A stretch of 64,000 nt of DNA from an uncultured Halanaerobiaceae bacterium (GCA_964630835.1 CAZVZM010000001.1:60151-124150), one strand, 5' to 3'; shown: positions 18,885 to 28,614, counted from the first letter of the stretch. The notes: generated from the sequence alone by a model not told the origin. Made by a program: numbers and translations.

Positions 18885-20108
18885 TCAATATGTTTGCCTG
18901 GAGAATTTTTCTCGAAGTTCCCTATCATCCCGGGCCTCTCCAGCGCAACCTTCTTCCATGGCAGTTCGAGCTACGGCCAGAGCGACTTCACCTGTTACCC
19001 CTCTGCGGAGGGGAGGAGGAATGATTTTATCCGGAGAAGGGCTTTTCACCAGCTCTGCCAGGTTGCGTGCAGCGGAAAGTTTCATCTCCTGATTTATTTC
19101 TGAAGACCTTACCGAGATTGCTCCCCGCATCACACCGGGGAAAGCGAGAACGTTATTAATTTGATTTGGGTGATCGGATCTCCCCGTAGCCACCACACTG
19201 GCTCCTGCTTTTTTTGCCACACTGGGATCAATCTCCGGCTCGGGATTGGCGAGGGCAAAAATAATAGGATCATCGGCCATTTTATCAATCATGGCCCGGT
19301 CCAAAACACCACCTACCGAAAGGCCGATAAATATATCGGCATTTTTGACTGCTTTATTCAGACTTCCGGCAATATTCTTCGGGTTGGTTTTTGCAGCAAG
19401 TTTTTCCTTGGCCTCGTTCATACCGTCCTCTCTGCAGGAATGAATTATTCCCCTGCTGTCACAGATGATCAGATTTTCTCTCTCAATTCCTTTCTGTATT
19501 AGGAGATTGGCCGTGGCAGTAGCTGAGGCTCCGGCCCCATTGATTACTATTTTGCACGCAGTCAAATCTTTAGAAGTAACCTTTGTAGCATTATAAAGGC
19601 CTGCCAGTATAACAATGGCGGTTCCATGCTGATCATCATGGAAAATAGCCATTTCTGTTTCTTTTTTCAGTCTTTTCTCAATATAAAAACAGTCAGGTGC
19701 CGCTATATCTTCCAGATTCACTCCTGAAAAAACCGGCGAGAGAAGTTTGACGGTTTCAACGATTCTATCGGGATCTTCTGTGTCCAGACAAATTGGAAAA
19801 GCATCAAGGCCGGCAAATTTTTTAAAAAGCACCGCTTTCCCTTCCATAACGGGCAGGGATGCTCCGGCGCCGATATTTCCCAGCCCCAGCACAGCGGTGC
19901 CGGAAGAAACCACAGCTATCATGTTTCCCCGGGATGTATAGTCAAAAATTTTTTTTGAATCATCGGCAATTTTTCTGCAGGGCTCAGCTACTCCAGGAGA
20001 ATAAGCCAGACTGAGATCCTCCTCGCTATCGATCTCCACTTTGCTTTCTACTGACAGTTTGCCTTTATTTCTGGCGTGCAGGGCGAGCGCCTTTTCATAT
20101 ATATTCAT
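18885..20108 (-). CDS. NAD(P)-dependent malic enzyme
   Basis: GTAVLGLGNIG, VMEGKAVLFK, LEDI..P.CF, HDDQHGTA and ALANPEPEI motifs. Confidence 0.9.
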   Translation of the reverse strand: MNIYEKALALHARNKGKLSVESKVEIDSEEDLSLAYSPGVAEPCRKIADDSKKIFDYTSRGNMIAVVSSGTAVLGLGNIGAGASLPVMEGKAVLFKKFAGLDAFPICLDTEDPDRIVETVKLLSPVFSGVNLEDIAAPDCFYIEKRLKKETEMAIFHDDQHGTAIVILAGLYNATKVTSKDLTACKIVINGAGASATATANLLIQKGIERENLIICDSRGIIHSCREDGMNEAKEKLAAKTNPKNIAGSLNKAVKNADIFIGLSVGGVLDRAMIDKMADDPIIFALANPEPEIDPSVAKKAGASVVATGRSDHPNQINNVLAFPGVMRGAISVRSSEINQEMKLSAARNLAELVKSPSPDKIIPPPLRRGVTGEVALAVARTAMEEGCAGEARDDRELREKFSRQTY

Positions 20109-20123
20109 ATTCTCACTCCAGAA

Positions 20124-20834
20124 TTAATTATATATTTTAAAATTATCATTTATGATTTCACAGCCCAGTCTTTGCAGTTTTTTGTCAATCCAATCACGTT
20201 TAAGATTTCCATTTCTAATCTTTTTCAGCATCTGTTTTTCCTGATCCTGTTTGGATCTGGCTTTTGAAATGACTTCCTCCAGGTTATCTTTCTTAACAGC
20301 CACCACTCCATCGGCATCTCCAATAATTATATCTCCAGGATATATAATCTGGCCGGCACATGATATGGGGACGTTAATTTCTCCGGGGCCATTTTTATAG
20401 GGGCCCTGAGGGATGCAGCCTCTGGCATAAACTGCAACTGCAGCTTGATTTTGAATGTAATCCTTATCTCTGATCAATCCATCTAAAATAAATCCCTTAA
20501 CCGCTTTCTTTTCTGCCAGCCTGCACATTATCTCACCGATTATAGCTCTGTTATTTTCACCTCTTGCATCGACTGCAATGATGTCATTTTTGTCCGACAT
20601 TTCCAGGGCCTTATGCACCATTAGATTATCTGTGGCTGTTGTTTTTACGGTGAGTGCTCTTCCAGATACCTTTAGTTTATTTGCTCTATTGATAGGCATG
20701 ACTTCAGAAGCGAGACAGCCTGATCTATTCATGACATCGGATATAACAGCTGCAGGATATTGTGCCAGCTCCTTGATTTTATCGATGTCCGCTTTTTTCG
20801 GCTTATCATATATTCGAAAACCTATTTCGGACAA
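20124..20834 (-). CDS. RraA-family protein / 4-hydroxy-4-methyl-2-oxoglutarate aldolase-like
   Basis: ISDVM, DNLMVH, AIIGEIM, DGLIRD and PGDIIIGDADGVV motifs. Probable TTG start at 20834 (ORF track gives 20858). Confidence 0.8.
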   Translation of the reverse strand: MSEIGFRIYDKPKKADIDKIKELAQYPAAVISDVMNRSGCLASEVMPINRANKLKVSGRALTVKTTATDNLMVHKALEMSDKNDIIAVDARGENNRAIIGEIMCRLAEKKAVKGFILDGLIRDKDYIQNQAAVAVYARGCIPQGPYKNGPGEINVPISCAGQIIYPGDIIIGDADGVVAVKKDNLEEVISKARSKQDQEKQMLKKIRNGNLKRDWIDKKLQRLGCEIINDNFKIYN

Positions 20835-20900
20835 AATGCATCCCTCCCCGGGCCACAACCTGTATTAAAAAGATTAATAGGCAATAAAGCTCAGATCTAT

Positions 20901-21770
20901 TTAAAGCATATTCTGGACAAGATCAGGTATATCCGTCAGATCTTCTGCGATTTTAATTCCGGCTTCAGCAAGGACTTTTTTCTTATGCCCGGCTCCTCCT
21001 TCTCCACCAGGAGATACTATTGCTCCAGCATGTCCCATTCTTTTACCCTCCGGGGCAGCTTCTCCGGCTATGAGTGCGATGGCTTTTTTATTCATATTTT
21101 TGTCGATGTATTCGGCTGCTTTTTCTTCATCTCTGCCCCCGATTTCTCCCAGCAGAACTATAACTTCAGTCTGATCATCTTTTTCATAAAGGGGGAGAAG
21201 ATCTATAAAACTGGAACCCTGTATGGGGTCTCCACCAATTCCTACGACTGTTGACTGGCCTATTTCCCTGTTGGAAAGATTATTGGAGGTTTCGTAAGAG
21301 AGAGTGGCGCTGCGTGACATTACTCCCACCTTTCCCTGTTTATAGATGCTGCCGGACATAAATCCAACCTTTGATTTACCAGGGGAGATAACCCCGGGGG
21401 TATTGGGACCAATTAGAACGCAGTCGTGATAGCGGGCGTAATTATAGCAGTAAAGCATGTCCTGAAAGGGAACACCTTCTGCAACGGCTACCACCAGGTC
21501 GAGACCAGCGCTGACGGCTTCAATGATAGCATCTTTAGTATAGCGGGGGGGTACAAATAAAATGCTGGAGTTGGCTCCCGTTTCCATTTGAGCTTCTCTA
21601 ACAGTGTCATAAACGGGGATGCCACTCACCTCTTTGCCGCCTTTGCCGGGTGTGACCCCAGCCACCACCCGGGTGCCATATTCCTTCATCAGACGGGCGT
21701 GAAATTTTCCCTCTCTGCCGGTAATGCCCTGAACGATAAGTTTTGTGTTTTCATTAATCAGTATGCTCAA
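20901..21770 (-). CDS. sucD: Succinyl-CoA synthetase (ADP-forming acyl-CoA ligase) alpha subunit
   Basis: VQGITGREG.FH, IGPNTPG, GIGGDP and phospho-His motif MGHAGA. Probable TTG start at 21770. Confidence 0.85.
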   Translation of the reverse strand: MSILINENTKLIVQGITGREGKFHARLMKEYGTRVVAGVTPGKGGKEVSGIPVYDTVREAQMETGANSSILFVPPRYTKDAIIEAVSAGLDLVVAVAEGVPFQDMLYCYNYARYHDCVLIGPNTPGVISPGKSKVGFMSGSIYKQGKVGVMSRSATLSYETSNNLSNREIGQSTVVGIGGDPIQGSSFIDLLPLYEKDDQTEVIVLLGEIGGRDEEKAAEYIDKNMNKKAIALIAGEAAPEGKRMGHAGAIVSPGGEGGAGHKKKVLAEAGIKIAEDLTDIPDLVQNML

Positions 21771-22911
21771 CGATTTCACCTGCCTTCTGCAATTTGGAGG
21801 CCTTTTTAACGACCTTATCCAGTTTTGTGGATGCTTCCAGACCGGCATCCTGCAGTATTTTTATTCCCTTTTCTCTGTTTGTTCCCTGGAGTCGACATAC
21901 AATATCCAGTTCATCCGGTATATCCTGCAATGATTTTTTGACCCCGTTTGCAATTTCATTGCAGCGGGTTATTCCACCAAATATATTGAAGAGCACTGTC
22001 TCTGCATCTTCATCCTGCTTGACAACATTTACGGCTTTATTTACCTCTTCGGCAGTTGCTCCGCCGCCCAGATCAAGAATATTGGCTACATCGGTTTCGT
22101 GACGGCTGAGAAGATCGAGCGTGGTCAGGGCCAGACCTGCTCCATTGCTTATTATGGATACGGAGCCGTTGAGTTTAATAACGACAAATCCCGCCTGCCT
22201 GCCGATGAGTTCAAGAGGCTCCTCTTTATCCTCATCAAGCATGTCAACTATCTGTTCCTGGCGGTAGCTGGCATTATCATCTGCCTGAAGCTTGGCATCG
22301 AGAGCTAAAAGGTTATTATCATCCAGAAGGGCCAGGGGATTGATCTCCACAAGCAAACAATCGTATTTTTTGTAGACTCCGTACAATTTTTTTGCTATTT
22401 CCTCCAATTGTTCAGCAGATTTGCCCTCAAGCTCCGCCATATTGTGAATTTCATTGAAATGATGTCTATGGAGCCCTGTGAGAGGATCAATAGTCAGCCT
22501 CAATATCTTTTCAGGCTGTTTTTCTGCCACCTCTTCAATATCCATGCCTCCCGAGGAGCTAAAAATTAGCGTGGTTTCTTTCTCTTCGCGATTTAAGGTT
22601 ATCCCCAGATAAAATTCTCTCTCAATCTTTTGTTTTTTTTCCAGAAGAACCTGAGAAATTTTTTCACCTTTAAGTTCGCTGCCAAGCAGATCTTCGGTTT
22701 TATCCCTTGCTTCTTTTGGTGAAGAAACGAATTTTATCCCGCCGGCCTTACCCCTGCCGCCGGCGTGTACCTGGGATTTAACGGCTAAATCTGTCCCCAG
22801 CTCTTCACCTATGTCGGCTGCTTTTTCCGGAGTATCTGCCACCTGTCCACTCGGTATGTCAATTCCCTCATTGGCCAGTATTTTCTTTGCCTGATATTCA
22901 TATATTTTCAT
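21754..22911 (-). CDS. sucC: Succinyl-CoA synthetase beta subunit
   Basis: YEYQAK, KSQVHAGGRGKAGG, NGAGLA, NILDLGGG and NIFGGITRC motifs. Confidence 0.85.
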   Translation of the reverse strand: MKIYEYQAKKILANEGIDIPSGQVADTPEKAADIGEELGTDLAVKSQVHAGGRGKAGGIKFVSSPKEARDKTEDLLGSELKGEKISQVLLEKKQKIEREFYLGITLNREEKETTLIFSSSGGMDIEEVAEKQPEKILRLTIDPLTGLHRHHFNEIHNMAELEGKSAEQLEEIAKKLYGVYKKYDCLLVEINPLALLDDNNLLALDAKLQADDNASYRQEQIVDMLDEDKEEPLELIGRQAGFVVIKLNGSVSIISNGAGLALTTLDLLSRHETDVANILDLGGGATAEEVNKAVNVVKQDEDAETVLFNIFGGITRCNEIANGVKKSLQDIPDELDIVCRLQGTNREKGIKILQDAGLEASTKLDKVVKKASKLQKAGEIVEHTD

Positions 22912-22943
22912 GTTTTATCCTGCACCTCTCAGTTGATTTTGAA

Positions 22944-23480
22944 TTAAATCAGACTTTTTCCCAGCTTGTATGCTTCATCGTTCATTTTTTCGGTGCCTTC
23001 AGGCACCATTTCAGAAATGGCCTCTTTCATTACATTATCTCCTGTAATGCCTATTACCTCATTCATCATGCCTATTGCTGCAATATTGGTAGGAAGTGTT
23101 GTGCCCAGCTCTTCTTCCACACTTATAGTGAGAGGAGCCTTATATATATCATTGGATATAATATCTTCGGGTATATTTTTTACTTTGAATGAATCAATGA
23201 TTACAGTAGAATCCTCTTTTAACTCCCCGTAGTAATTATCGCAGGCTTCCTGTGATAGAACTACGAATATGTCAGGGATGTGCACAGAGAGATCAAAAAT
23301 TTTGTCGGGGCTTATAACAACCTCTCCCCGGCAGGCTCCACCGCGAGCTTCTATACCATGTGATTCTCCCTGTACAACGTTGTAGCCGTCCTTCATACAG
23401 GCTTCAGCAATAATTATGCTGGCCAGAACCAGTCCCTGTCCACCTGTGCCGCTGAATCTTACCTCCAGTCTGTCATCCAT
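22944..23480 (-). CDS. 2-oxoacid:ferredoxin oxidoreductase gamma subunit (Kor-like)
   Basis: FSGTGGQGLVLA and EARGG motifs. Confidence 0.85.
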   Translation of the reverse strand: MDDRLEVRFSGTGGQGLVLASIIIAEACMKDGYNVVQGESHGIEARGGACRGEVVISPDKIFDLSVHIPDIFVVLSQEACDNYYGELKEDSTVIIDSFKVKNIPEDIISNDIYKAPLTISVEEELGTTLPTNIAAIGMMNEVIGITGDNVMKEAISEMVPEGTEKMNDEAYKLGKSLI

Positions 23481-24295
23481 TATTTGTCACCCTCTTTAAA
23501 GTTTGTTATTCTGTCATATTCGTCAATGAATTCCGGTCTATCCTCTTTGTATAATACTCCACGGGGCACTTTGTTTTTCTGGTCTTCAGGAGGGAGGTTT
23601 TCGGCCTGTTTTTTGCTAATAGTTATCTCCTTGAGTGTTTTCAGAAGTTCAGCAGCATCATTATAATTGTTTCGGCGGCCGTATTGAGTTGGGCAGGTTG
23701 TAAGAACTTCTACCACGGAAAAACCTTTATGATCTATTGCCTTTGAAAATAAATCGGGCAGCTCTTTGACATAATAAGCATCTCCGCGGCCGAAGAAGCT
23801 TGCTCCGGCTCCGATGACCAGCTCTTCTATATTTACATCCGGCTCCACCATGCCAAAGGGAGCCGTGGAGGCTTTATCGCCCTTCTGAGTGGTGGGTGCA
23901 TACTGTCCTCCCGTCATTCCGTATATTTGATTGTTGGCAATTATTGCTGTGAGATTAATATTGCGGCGTGCAGCATGCACCAGGTGATTGCCTCCTATTG
24001 CGGTTGCGTCACCATCTCCCATAAATACAATCACGTTGAGTTCCGGACGGGACATTTTAAGTCCTGTGGCATAACTTAATGCTCTACCATGGGGAGTGCG
24101 CAGGGAGGGAAAGTCCATATATGTGGGCAGTTTACCGGCACAGCCAATAGCGCAGACCATTGCAGTCTTGTTTTGATTAAGTCCCAGGTCATCTATTGCC
24201 CTGATAAGTGACTGCCAGGCTGTGCCATGTGTGCAACCCGGACAAATGAATGTGGGCATTATGTCTGTCCGCAAATATCTATCCAGCTTACTCAT
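23480..24295 (-). CDS. 2-oxoacid:ferredoxin oxidoreductase beta subunit (ThDP-binding)
   Basis: CPGCTHG, IGCAG, HGRAL and GDGD..IGGNHL..NNQIYGMTGGQ motifs. Confidence 0.88.
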   Translation of the reverse strand: MSKLDRYLRTDIMPTFICPGCTHGTAWQSLIRAIDDLGLNQNKTAMVCAIGCAGKLPTYMDFPSLRTPHGRALSYATGLKMSRPELNVIVFMGDGDATAIGGNHLVHAARRNINLTAIIANNQIYGMTGGQYAPTTQKGDKASTAPFGMVEPDVNIEELVIGAGASFFGRGDAYYVKELPDLFSKAIDHKGFSVVEVLTTCPTQYGRRNNYNDAAELLKTLKEITISKKQAENLPPEDQKNKVPRGVLYKEDRPEFIDEYDRITNFKEGDK

Positions 24296-24305
24296 GATTT
24301 CACCC

Positions 24306-25436
24306 CTAATTAATTTCCTTGATTTTTTTCAGCAGTTCCTGCATGGTTATATCTCGACTGGAAACCTTGTTATGCTGAATTACCTCCGCCCGACCTTCCA
24401 CTGCCTGTCTGGTCAGACCTGCAACCTGTCCTAAATTCATTTCAGATACGATTATCTTATCCACTCTTTTTGCTGTTTTTAATAATTCTTTTTCGGGAAA
24501 AGGCCAGATAGTGAGAGGTCTTATCAGCTCTACATTTATGCCCTCTTCCTGGGCCTTTTTTACAGCTCCCTGGGCGGGTCTGGTTGTTGATCCAAAGGCA
24601 AGCAGAGCAATGTCAGGATTCTGGCATGTTATTCTCTCCACCTCAACAATATCATCATAGTACTTATCCAGCTTTGAATTTATTCTTTTTACACACTCAT
24701 CGATGATATCCTCATCCAGATCAGGGATCCCGTTTTCACCATGGATCATTCCCGATATATTGTATCTGTATTCCCCGCCAAAGGGCGGCAATACTGGGAT
24801 TTCACTCTCATCTACTTCATATGGCAGATATTCTTCGGGTGGACCTCCATCTACCTTTCTATCAATGATCTCCAGAGACTCTTTGTCGGGCAGTGTCACG
24901 CTCTCTCTCATATGAGCAAGAGACTGATCACTCAATATTACCACTGGCACCATATATTTTTCTGCCAGATTAAAGGCTCTGATGGTTTCTGTGTAAGACT
25001 CTTTAACCGTCCCGGGCATGACAGCTATTCGGGGGCTATCTCCGTGAGAACCCCAGCGAGCCTGTAAAATATCTGCCTGGTGAGTTTTGGTGGCACCACC
25101 GGTGCTGGGACCCACGCGCTGGGCGCTGTAGATCACAATTGGAAGCTCGACCATGGCTGCATATCCCAGATTTTCCTGCTTGAGACTCATACCCGGACCA
25201 CTGGTTATAGTTATAGCCTTGCTTCCACCCGCGGAAGCTCCGATTACGGCCCCGATGCTTCCTAATTCATCTTCCATTTGAATGAAGCGTCCACCCCGTG
25301 AGGGTAATTTTTCTGCCAGCACCTCCATAGCTCCGGAGGAAGGGGTTATGGGATAACCGGCGCAAAATTTCACCCCTGCTGTCAGAGCTCCTTCAGCAAC
25401 TGCTTGATTTCCCTGCATTAAAACTGTTTTACTCAT
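24306..25436 (-). CDS. 2-oxoacid:ferredoxin oxidoreductase alpha subunit
   Basis: GNQAVAEG, YPITPSS, QMEDELGS, TSGPG and QRVGPSTG motifs. ATG 25436 follows AGAGGTG. Confidence 0.88.
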   Translation of the reverse strand: MSKTVLMQGNQAVAEGALTAGVKFCAGYPITPSSGAMEVLAEKLPSRGGRFIQMEDELGSIGAVIGASAGGSKAITITSGPGMSLKQENLGYAAMVELPIVIYSAQRVGPSTGGATKTHQADILQARWGSHGDSPRIAVMPGTVKESYTETIRAFNLAEKYMVPVVILSDQSLAHMRESVTLPDKESLEIIDRKVDGGPPEEYLPYEVDESEIPVLPPFGGEYRYNISGMIHGENGIPDLDEDIIDECVKRINSKLDKYYDDIVEVERITCQNPDIALLAFGSTTRPAQGAVKKAQEEGINVELIRPLTIWPFPEKELLKTAKRVDKIIVSEMNLGQVAGLTRQAVEGRAEVIQHNKVSSRDITMQELLKKIKEIN

Positions 25437-25629
25437 GATTTTCACCTCTTATTTCTATGGCTAAATCCGGGCACCTTAATTCACATAGCGAGCACTCCGT
25501 GCATTTTTCCTCATCTGCGATCCTGGGTCTGCCTTTCTTATCCAACTCCAGAACGTCTGTGGGACAAAATTCAACACAAATAGCACATTTCTTGCACCAT
25601 CTTCTATCAATTGTAATCCGGGCTGTCAT
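25429..25629 (-). CDS. 2x[4Fe-4S] ferredoxin, delta subunit of the oxidoreductase
   Basis: CKKCAICVEFCP and CTECSLCELRCP. Confidence 0.85.
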   Translation of the reverse strand: MTARITIDRRWCKKCAICVEFCPTDVLELDKKGRPRIADEEKCTECSLCELRCPDLAIEIRGENHE

Positions 25630-25744
25630 ATTTTCCCTCCTTGCTTTTAGCTGTTATTTTATGCACAATAATACAAAAAAATAAAGATCTCTCTCCAAAT
25701 CAGCAGGCGAATTTTGTTTGAGTTGCTTTCACAATGGTTAACAT

Positions 25745-26443
25745 TTAATCTGTTTCCGGCTGAAAACTGTCATCCCATCGTTCGATAATTAATTCTCTGG
25801 ACTTCTCAATATGTTCCTCCATAATTCTGCCGGCTTTTTCCTGATTGCCGTTGACAATAGCATTGACAATCATTCTGTGCTCCTCAACAGCTTCATGATG
25901 GCGAGAAGTATAAATAGCCAGGAGAGAGGCGAGAAAAGTGGTGAGATGGGAAATGCCATCGTATATATCTTTAAGCTGGCTGTTATGGCTTGCTTTGATG
26001 ATTGTCTCATGCAGCTCTTTGTGAGTTATTTTATACTGATCCAGATCTTCTTCCGGGCTGTTCTCAAGCAAATTTTCAATTTTATTTTGTAGCCCCTGTA
26101 ATTTATTTTTGTTTTCTCTATCAATTCTTTTTGCAGCCAGCCGACAGCCAAAGCTCTCCAGTGCAATTCTGGTTTCGTAAATATCTCCAACCTCCTTTTC
26201 CGAGAATTCTCTGATTTTATAACCCCGGTAGGGAATTTTTTCTATAATCCCCTGATTTTCCAGCATGTTGAGAGCTTCTCTGATGGGAGTATTGCTCACT
26301 CCAAGCTCATCAGAAATTTCATTGATTGGGAGAGATTCCCCAGGAGACATCTGTCCGGTGACTATTGTTTCAAGAAGTATGTCAAAGACCGCTTCTCCCA
26401 GTTGATTTTTGCCAGGAAAGGAAAAATTCATATCATCAACCAT
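25745..26443 (-). CDS. GntR-family (FadR/FCD) transcriptional regulator
   Basis: wHTH LGVSNTPIREAL followed by an FCD-like domain (HETII..SHN, EH..IV.AI). Confidence 0.85.
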   Translation of the reverse strand: MVDDMNFSFPGKNQLGEAVFDILLETIVTGQMSPGESLPINEISDELGVSNTPIREALNMLENQGIIEKIPYRGYKIREFSEKEVGDIYETRIALESFGCRLAAKRIDRENKNKLQGLQNKIENLLENSPEEDLDQYKITHKELHETIIKASHNSQLKDIYDGISHLTTFLASLLAIYTSRHHEAVEEHRMIVNAIVNGNQEKAGRIMEEHIEKSRELIIERWDDSFQPETD

Positions 26444-26734
26444 TGAATAACTGCCCCCCTTACTTATAAGAATAAGACCATTTTCATAATGCTTATACCT
26501 TCCATTTGTGATTTAAATTTAGTTTCATATCTAAAATCGAGAAATTATTTACCCGTTTTTGGCAAATGAATTCAATTTATATAATAGAATAATTTCCAGA
26601 TAAAGTCCAGAATTTATAATTAATATTACAAGATGAATGCTCATATGTTCAATCAGATGAAGATTTAATATTCCCGGGTTTCAGCATATCGGTTATTTCC
26701 ACCGCTTACTTAATAGATATCAAATATCCCTGTA

Positions 26735-26803
26735 AATGTCAAATGTATTTGTCAAAAAGTTTAAAACAATACATTTGACATTAAACATTCGGTGTGATAT
26801 AAA
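26735..26803. promoter_or_regulatory. Perfect 15-bp inverted repeat containing two opposed TTGACA boxes, plus a rightward extended -10 promoter
   Basis: AATGTCAAATGTATT (26735-26749) and AATACATTTGACATT (26768-26782). TTGACA at 26775-26780, 17-nt spacer, TATAAA at 26798-26803 preceded by TGn. Confidence 0.6.
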
Positions 26804-26934
26804 GTTTACTGAAGCGGTCATTTGTCCCCAACATATTCATTTCTATATTTTGGAAGGAAGCATTTGTTTTTATATTTTGCCGCTTTTTGAGAAGAATCTC
26901 ACAACAATAAATTTTAAGTTAAAGGAGTGATTAA

Positions 26935-27651
26935 ATGAAAATTGATCAGGAAAAATGCGTGGCCTGTGAAAATTGCCTTCCCTACTGTCCTGCTGAAGCA
27001 ATAAAAGCTGGAGAGGACAGGGTAAAAGTTGATGAGGAGTTGTGTTTTGAATGTGGCGTATGCAGCAGAGTGGAGGCCTGTCCCACCGATGCTTTTTATG
27101 AGCCGGATTACGTTTTTGAACATCCCCGATCTGTAAGAAAGGCTTTCAGTGATCCTTCAGTGGATCATTCGGAAACGAACATGCCCGGGCGAGGCACTGA
27201 AGAAGTAAAAACCAATGATGTGACCAATAGAGTCGAAAAAGGTTATGTAGGAATAGGCCTGGAAATGGGAAGACCTTCAGTGGGAACCACCGTAAAAGAG
27301 GTGGAAAAGGCTACAAAAGCTCTTGCGGAAAATGGTTTCAGCAACTTTGAAGAGTGCAATCCAGTTTTTGCTTTAATGAAAAATCCTGAGACCGGTGAGA
27401 TGAAGGAAGATGTGCTGGAAGAAAGACTTTTATCTGCTATAATAGAGCTCGATATTCCCGAAGATGAACTGGAAAAGTGTTTCAAGGTAGTTAAGGAGAT
27501 TGCAGATAAGATTGATACAGTTTTCACCATGGATTTAATATCCTGTTATGATGAAGATATGAAGCTAAGAGTTGAAGAAATGCTTGATGAATCCAGCTTT
27601 GAAGCCAGACCAAATGCCAAAATAAACATTGGAGTGGGAAAAGCAGAATAA
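26935..27651 (+). CDS. Uncharacterised protein with N-terminal 2x[4Fe-4S] domain
   Basis: CVACENCLPYCP and CFECGVCSRVEACP, then GRGTEEVKTNDVT..EMGRP in a C-terminal domain I cannot assign. AGGAG RBS. Confidence 0.75.
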   Translation: MKIDQEKCVACENCLPYCPAEAIKAGEDRVKVDEELCFECGVCSRVEACPTDAFYEPDYVFEHPRSVRKAFSDPSVDHSETNMPGRGTEEVKTNDVTNRVEKGYVGIGLEMGRPSVGTTVKEVEKATKALAENGFSNFEECNPVFALMKNPETGEMKEDVLEERLLSAIIELDIPEDELEKCFKVVKEIADKIDTVFTMDLISCYDEDMKLRVEEMLDESSFEARPNAKINIGVGKAE

Positions 27652-27666
27652 TAAGGAGGTAAAATA

Positions 27667-28305
27667 ATGACGCATACATTGCACCGCGAGGGTTCTGAGG
27701 ACAGTCTTAAAAACGACTATCTGCTGCTTATCACCCCTGCAATAGGCTATAACGATGAGGGAGCAGCGGAAAAGATAAAAGATCTTATCGATATAGTATT
27801 TGAGGTGGGACCGATAAACTACGGGTGTTATGAGCTGGGGCAGAATATTCTCAGCGATAAAATTAATGTGGATGTAATTAAAAATGAAACCAGAGATAAC
27901 TCCCGCATCAGGTGCGTTTTTTCCAGCAAGGAAAAGTTCAAAGAGGTTATTGAGAGAGTTATCGAAGAGGACACGGGCCTTTCCGTAACTCTCAGTGCAC
28001 TCAGATCAGATATTGGAGAAATTTTGGACGAGATGGACATTGATCCCCATTCGGCAAATCTCAGTCTGGGAATTCATGGCAACATGGATGAGCTTCCGGA
28101 TGGCAATTACCGAAAAATTACGACAATGTGCGGACATGCCATGATTTCTCCGGGACTGGTTGAGGATATGATACAAAAAATAAATGAGGATAAGATTTCT
28201 TATGAAGAGGCGGCTGTCAAACTGGCCGAACCCTGTCTCTGCGGAATTTTTAATCAGGAGAGAGCCGAGGAGCTGTTGCGCGAGCTAACTCCACTGTATG
28301 CTTAG
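27667..28305 (+). CDS. Hypothetical protein with C-terminal Cys/His motifs
   Basis: AAGGAGG RBS; begins MTHTLHR, ends with TMCGH and PCLCGIFN; 15 nt from the upstream gene. Confidence 0.7.
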   Translation: MTHTLHREGSEDSLKNDYLLLITPAIGYNDEGAAEKIKDLIDIVFEVGPINYGCYELGQNILSDKINVDVIKNETRDNSRIRCVFSSKEKFKEVIERVIEEDTGLSVTLSALRSDIGEILDEMDIDPHSANLSLGIHGNMDELPDGNYRKITTMCGHAMISPGLVEDMIQKINEDKISYEEAAVKLAEPCLCGIFNQERAEELLRELTPLYA

Positions 28306-28306
28306 A

Positions 28307-28432
28307 TTTTTGATATCTTCTCCGTAATTACTGGTGAAATTTACGAGATATGCCTGTAAAACGATAGTTGCTCACTTCCTATTATAGGAAGCTATGAGTC
28401 GAAGTGATACTCGAAGTTTTTCAAAGCCCGAG
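28307..28432. repeat. Dispersed composite repeat, copy B
   Basis: 28307-28380 is the reverse complement of the 35775-35842 module. A CTTCC-TATTATA-GGAAG junction follows, then GGAAGCTATGAGTCGAAGTGATACTCGAAGTTTTTC, matching 53811 onward. Confidence 0.75.
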
Positions 28433-28614
28433 CTAAAATTTTATAAAAAAATGCACATATATTATATACAAACTGCAGAGAGGAGGGGTTAAAAAGCTGA
28501 TATAAAGGATTAAATCAATGGCTGGAAATTGTTTTTAAAAACACCTGTTTTGCAGTAAAATTGGCATTGAAAGTGTATTTTGTGATTATCATTTAATTTC
28601 AGGGGGGTTTATTA

